Assembly: GCA_017499595.2 (NCBI GenBank)
Contig: CM039003.1
Span: forward strand, 2,294,001-2,358,000
DNA length: 64,000 nt
Direction of reading: 5' to 3'
DNA from: Psilocybe cubensis
Lineage: Eukaryota
Shown: piece by piece, positions 58,625 to 64,000 of the stretch
How positions within the stretch are numbered: position 1 is the first letter of the stretch
Layout: every line of letters begins with the position of its first letter
The notes under the pieces: model-generated
What the model was told of the DNA's origin: nothing
The model's database searches: none
Seen by the model: the letters and a program-made list of their open reading frames with translations, nothing else
Position numbers and translations under genes: made by a program

Positions 58625-59404
58625 ATGCCCGTCGTCGAGATAGTAAAGGTGTCTGCATCCGAAGCATACAAAGCCGATCCATCGATATTAAATCCAGTAG
58701 CAAAATTTCTGTCGACAGTAGATGGATGCATTGGGCAAGTTTCCCCACATCTGCTTTATGCTATCCTAGTTTTTTGACTCCGTTTAGGTCATACTCTGGC
58801 TTGGCAGAAGAAGACGGAGTGACACTTTATCTCCTCGTCGGTTAGTTCTTTCAATATTTCATTGCTGAGAATATCTTGACTTATTATTTATATGAAGTAT
58901 GGGAGACTCTTGAGCATCACAGAGCACTACAAAGAAGGCCCGGGTATCCTCAAATCGTTGGCCTCGGCCCAGCCATCGATGGTGAACTCCAAATGCACCA
59001 TGTGGAATTTAACAAAGATATATCAAGTGCCCTAAATGCACCTGTCACAGAGATTGTGCGCCTGGCTCTAAAGCCAGGGGTTCAGACTGCTACAAAGGAG
59101 CGTTTATACGAGCTTTTAAAAGACGGCGGGGAAAAGATTGATGCAAAGAATACACACGTACCAGCTATCTGGGGACAATCTACGGAGGATACTCAAGTAT
59201 TTTGGTTTCTTTGTGGATGGGATAGCGTGAAGGTAAATAGTTTTTCCCTTGCTAATGGTCAGCCTTATGAACTTTTTATCGAAGGTTCATACCGATATTA
59301 TTCACGGCGATCTGGCTAATTTCGCGCCTTTTATCGGTGGGATAAATGAAATCGGAGACACAACGGTATTGCATGCTAAGCTGTTAAAGCACAGCACAGA
59401 CTAG
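58625..59404 (+). CDS. Dabb/ABM-like protein, copy 3 (first intron GC-AG)
   Basis: MPVVEIV...DGCI, YSGLAEED, WETLEHH...PGYP, ALNAPVTEI, GWDSV; donor GCAAGT at 58735. Confidence 0.8.
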
Positions 59405-59770
59405 GGATTTGAAAGCTTATTGGATAAATATGACGGCTTTTGGTTGGACTTCCAACTGCCATTTGCCTGGAAGTTGATGTATATAACAATCGAAAAATAT
59501 CTGGTTACTAAGGTTCATAAAAAATTGATGTTGATATATCTCAGCTCTCACTTTCTGTCTCATGTGAGGTTTTATTGGCGGACGTTTGTCCTGGGCCATT
59601 GAGTTCCTAACGCCTTTTGGATTTTGTCGCGTCGCGTCTGCAGTTAAGGTCACGTGCGTTAGATAATTGGTCACGCTGTTTGCTGGCCATTTTCAACACT
59701 GACTGCCTGGCTTGCATTTGACCGCCTCAATTGAATCTTTCTATTGGACTTTGAAGCATTGGCAGGCTTA

Positions 59771-59971
59771 GGCCCCGTTCGGTAACCCTGTTAGAGTCGG
59801 TTAGGTTAGGTTTTCCCCCGCCAAATTTTGCGCCAAGCCGAGCCAAGTCGGTTACCTCTGGTTACGTCTGTCACGCTATGTCACTTTTTGGCAGGCAAAA
59901 CCGTGACAAATCGTGACAAAACCTGACTTAACCTAACCTAACCGACTTTAACAGGGTTACCAAACGGGGCC
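59771..59971. mobile_element. 201-bp MITE, PIF/Harbinger (Tourist-like)
   Basis: TIRs of ~42 bp (GGCCCCGTTCGGTAACCCTGTTAGAGTCGGTTAGGTTAGGTT / AACCTAACCTAACCGACTTTAACAGGGTTACCAAACGGGGCC, 2 mismatches) with a TTA target-site duplication at 59768-59770 and 59972-59974; no coding capacity. Confidence 0.9.
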
Positions 59972-60299
59972 TTAGTAGTCAACTTCATGGATGTGCATCT
60001 TGCATAACTTGGATTCGGAGCAATGCCAGCAACATAACATCCCCCTTTTTTCCGCTGAATTAGACGCTCAACGTCACCTTGAAAGCGCCCGACCTGACAT
60101 TTCGGGTTACTCGGACAAATTTTTTTAGTCATTTCCCAACTTCAAAGAATAATACGAGGTCTTCTTTCAAATGGATTACGAATGGGTTCGGGTATACGGA
60201 CCCCATCCTATCCATCCTCAAGTACGGATATAGTCGTGTTCTGATACTTAAATCGTTATTTCTCATTCACCGGAATAAATAGTGATGACTCATTAATAG

Positions 60300-61096
60300 A
60301 GGTGTAATGGCGCCTCCAGTCGACCTCCTGACTGCACAAGGATATGATCTTCAATTCGGGACAAACACACTTGGTAAGCTTTGTTTCGCAATTCTGGCAC
60401 GGTCAGCCTTAATTTATGTGTGTCAGGTCATTTCGATCTCACCAATCTTCTTCTTCCTCAACTCCTGGCAGGTGCAAAATCAAGCCCGGACGGTCATTCA
60501 AAGGTTATAAATACAGCATCATCGAGTGCAGAACTCACCAATAAAATTTGATTTCGATATCATCAAAGATACCCCCAAACGTAGAAAGACGGGAGCACAA
60601 AGCCTCTATGCACAAAGCAAACTCGTGAGCTCGCTTCATCTGGCAAATTTATAATTGGTTTAACCATCGTTCACCGCGTAGGGGAATGTTCTTTTCTCGA
60701 ATGAACTAGCTCGCAGATATGGTGACCAGGGAATTGTATCAGTCAAGTCTTCAACGTCATCTAGGCCCTCTTGAGGCTAGAATAGTCGTACGTGTTAAGT
60801 CAAGCAGCCTGATGTTCTGGCCTTCTGAACAGCCGTACTATATTTCAGAAAGCAATCACAAGGCCTCTCAAATTTGGTGCGTTAACACAATTATACGCTG
60901 GAACAACATCCGCAGGCGCAAAATTGAACGGAAAGGTGTGTAGCCGTGTCTATATTGCGTAGGCAAATTACTCACAAGCCTTTTTTTGTAGTATTTGATT
61001 CCTTGGGCCCGAGTTGGAAAAAATCTCTCTGCTGCCACACCGAAGCTTGGAAAGCAGCTGTGGGATTTTATGGAGGAACAAGTTCAAGGCTTATAG
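60300..61096 (+). pseudogene. 5'-truncated, disrupted paralogue of the SDR at 41554-42976
   Basis: GVMAPPVDLLTAQGYDLQFGTNTLG is nearly identical with the same introns. The Rossmann-fold exons are missing, the LNPGNI segment is deleted and there are apparent indels. Confidence 0.8.
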
Positions 61097-61615
61097 CGAC
61101 GATACAGAGTATAATTTCTGTCAACCTTATTTGGATATTGCTTGAATACATCCATTGTACTACATTACCAAGTCTGGTCAGTCGCGCATGACCTATCGCG
61201 TCGCGTGCATAGGTACTGATAAAAAGGAAGGAATATCTTTGGCGTAAAGACGTTGAACGAGTCTAACGGTCACTTAAATGGTTCACATTTGATATACAGT
61301 TATTTCATTTGTTAATACAATGTACAAATTCCAAACGGCTTATTGTAATTTTTGACCCGGGTAATAGTAGTATAGAAGCCATATTGGAGTGAAAGAATCC
61401 AAAAAGAACAACTCAACTCAAGCGCCGTGGACGGGCATCTGAGATGTGCTGACATAAATGAAGAACGAATAAATTAATAATTGGTGGAAGTTGTGTTTGT
61501 GTGCGGTGACTGTACCGGAGCAACATGAGGATTTGACTGAAAGATAGGTATACGAGCGGCTTACTGATGGTATGCCGAGTGGTGCGACAGTGTTATGATA
61601 GATGAGTTGGAGTAC

Positions 61616-61723
61616 TCAAGCCACGACGCAGTAGGCGTTTCCAGCCGTACCTCCGTGCTCGTTATCGGAGGGAGTAGAGACGACAATGTCGTCGGAGAAG
61701 TTTACGTTGGTGAAAGAATCCAT
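61616..61723 (-). CDS. lipopeptide pheromone(-like) precursor D, 35 aa
   Basis: MDSFTNVNFSDDIVVSTPSDNEHGGTAGNAYCVVA*: EH in place of ER, plus CaaX; TATA at about 61797-61804. Confidence 0.9.
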   Translation of the reverse strand: MDSFTNVNFSDDIVVSTPSDNEHGGTAGNAYCVVA

Positions 61724-64000
61724 TTGATGTGGGTGTGGTGTGGTGGTAAGGCTGCTAGTGAGGCTTCCTGGCCATCTTCCAGCGCATACAGGCCAATTTT
61801 TATAGATGAGAAAGACAATAAGATTCTAAGAAAAAAAGGTGTCCCCCTTCAAAGGAGGAGAAGAAAGAGCGCTGTGCCCATTATCTAGTTTTATTCTTCT
61901 GTTCACAAAAAGTCTTCTCTGAAAATGGCGCAGGGAGCGGAGACCGTTTGAATGTGCGTCTGGATAAGTACTATACCAACTTCCTTGGATAATAGATAAG
62001 GTGCACCGGTCCCGAGCAATATCGGACAAAGCCAAGAATTTAAAATCCATACAAATTAACTGAATGTATGAAAAATGAGATTTTCCAACCCCACTTTTGC
62101 TCGGACCCGTTGTTTCGTATAGAATGGCGCAGGTGATGTACACGCCATCTAACTCAAAAAAATCAGAGTTTGGATAATCCTGCCAGGCTAAAGAAGATAC
62201 AATCTAAAATTACCTTCGTACAAAGGCTACTTCACGAAATCGTGGTGAGGTACAGTTATACTGCATTACCCAGCGAGAGCACACACGCGTTTAGGGGCTA
62301 CGGCACGTCGCGTCTACCCCTGAGAACGTTCCTATTAAAGTCACGTGTGCGTTCGAGAGAAGTAAAGGGGAATTCAAAAGGTCCACGAACCTAAAAACGC
62401 AATGATGCCATTCATTCGGAGTCCATTCCCAGCTTAACACTTTTCTTCTCGAATGGTATTCCGGTACCGCGTTGGCTATTTTTAAACATTGCCGAGCTTG
62501 CGTCTCGGTAGCGTCTCGGAGCCTTCAAGTTCGAGCGCCAGCAAGATGGGGTCTGTGTAGAGAGTACGTTAAATATCTGATTTTTGCGAGATCTAACTTG
62601 AAATATCCAGTTGCAAGACCTACACGGTAATTGCAAACAACGATTGATTAATGAATTCACCAACACAAGTCCTCCGAGCCTATTCAACTTGAAGTCCCCC
62701 CATTCAATTTCACCTACTACGACTCAATTGAAGCGCGTGATTCCTCCTCAAATTCTTCAACTCCACCCATAAATTGAACGCATTGTAAAGTAAAACACAC
62801 ACACAGCCTGATTGAATACCCATAGCAAAAAACAACCATTTATTGTCGTTTACATTCCTTCTTCTCCTGCGGCTATTTTTAGAATACGCATCTTTCCACG
62901 TATTTTTTATGTTATTTGTTATTTGAGGGTTTGGGGAGGTTGATTCGTTCCCGGTACCGAATATTGGAATGGTTGGATTGAATGGATTGATGATTTAAGA
63001 TTGCATTTGTATGATCGGCCTGCTTGGGCCATTTGAATCCGCCTGTGCTTATTGAGAAAAGTGATCGGTGTGGTATTTATATTGGACGGATGACGTCGTT
63101 TCTTGTGGTATTTTTGGATTTGAGGGTGGTTTTGGAGGATGAAAAAACTTGAAACTGAGGCAGAGAGTACTTGAGTTTTTGATTGGGGGGTTAGTAGGCT
63201 GTAACCACGTTTATCAGGATTCAGAGGGTATCTGTAGCTCTGGTAATTACACAAACCCTCCCACTTTACCGTCACTTTTACAACAACTTGCTTATGAACT
63301 CGAACTCGAGCTCGGTTCACATATCCGGTGTCCCTGTATCGCTTTTATCAGCCTCTATCCCAAGTAGTCCGGTCGCCTTGTAATATTATTATTGAGTGTT
63401 ACATGTGTACTACATATGTTTATGTCAAGGTTCATGATCGCGATAGGGCCTCGTGCCGGAACCACGGATTGTGTGTTATCCTGGTTTATCACTTTTACCT
63501 ACTTGCAGTTACAAGTTTATCCGATTCCGAACGGTGGCTTTTGTATTATTGTAGGCGTGGGCTGACAATTTGAGTTCTGTCGAGGTGTTTTTACTGGTGT
63601 GAATGTAAGGCGTGAATTACAATTTACAGCGTAACGCAGGGAGAGAATTGGTACTGGTATGTACTGGTAATAGTAATATTAAACGATCAGGCAATTAATG
63701 AAGAGCTAATGTCGATAAATATAGAGTCGCTTGTAATGTTAAATTGTTAATAGCAGCAATGCCAGTGCGGATACGGATAGACGCAGACGGTAAATACTCG
63801 TCGATTCTTATGTAGTTGATTTGTTACTGGGTAGAAAAAGCGGGGTTGTGTAATACGACTTTAGTAATTTGCCTTTGTCTAGTGGTGGTTGTAGGAGTAG
63901 GAGTAGGAGTAGTAGAAGGAGTAATCGGTCGGAAGGTGTTGGTTTCTTTGTATGTTGTGTAAGCCCCTGCGATAATATAATATGGGGAAACGCGTCAAAG

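Noticed and set aside
59797-59945. TTAGG repeats as a telomere or interstitial telomere
   Set aside because: Only 2-3 pentamer units, fully explained as part of the MITE TIRs; they are not TTAGGG arrays.
61900-64000. A further pheromone precursor or STE3 receptor exons at the right end
   Set aside because: No MDxF...CaaX-stop ORF or transmembrane exon series was seen by eye; an HMM search is needed to exclude them fully.

Overview
This is gene-dense eukaryotic DNA with many short (~50-60 nt) GT-AG introns, typical of an agaric (Agaricales-like) basidiomycete; the species cannot be determined from the window. Left to right: a 593-bp direct repeat pair around an orphan ORF; RPS20; TPR/Mlp1; an arrestin-like gene; a small protein; queuosine salvage QNG1; a DCAF5-like WD40 gene; cre1/CreA inside a ~10 kb microsatellite-rich gene desert; SFH1; an X-family DNA polymerase homologue; two F-box/LRR paralogues (Dia2/Pof3-like); an SDR; an MBOAT acyltransferase; a NiCoT transporter; a mitochondrial phosphate carrier; ATG7; four Dabb-family copies (one a pseudogene); a Harbinger-type MITE; and an SDR pseudogene. 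Highlight 1: four tiny (34-35 aa) CaaX-terminated lipopeptide pheromone-precursor genes at 40.2, 47.5, 48.8 and 61.7 kb, all missed by the ORF track, with no STE3 receptor in the window. All four have a candidate 3'-UTR intron and an HMG-box-like motif near the TATA box, and three share a 3'-UTR stem-loop. Highlight 2: the Pol X gene is intact but has lost all three catalytic aspartates and has a mitochondrial-presequence-like N-terminus. Exon boundaries were read by eye and no database searches were run.
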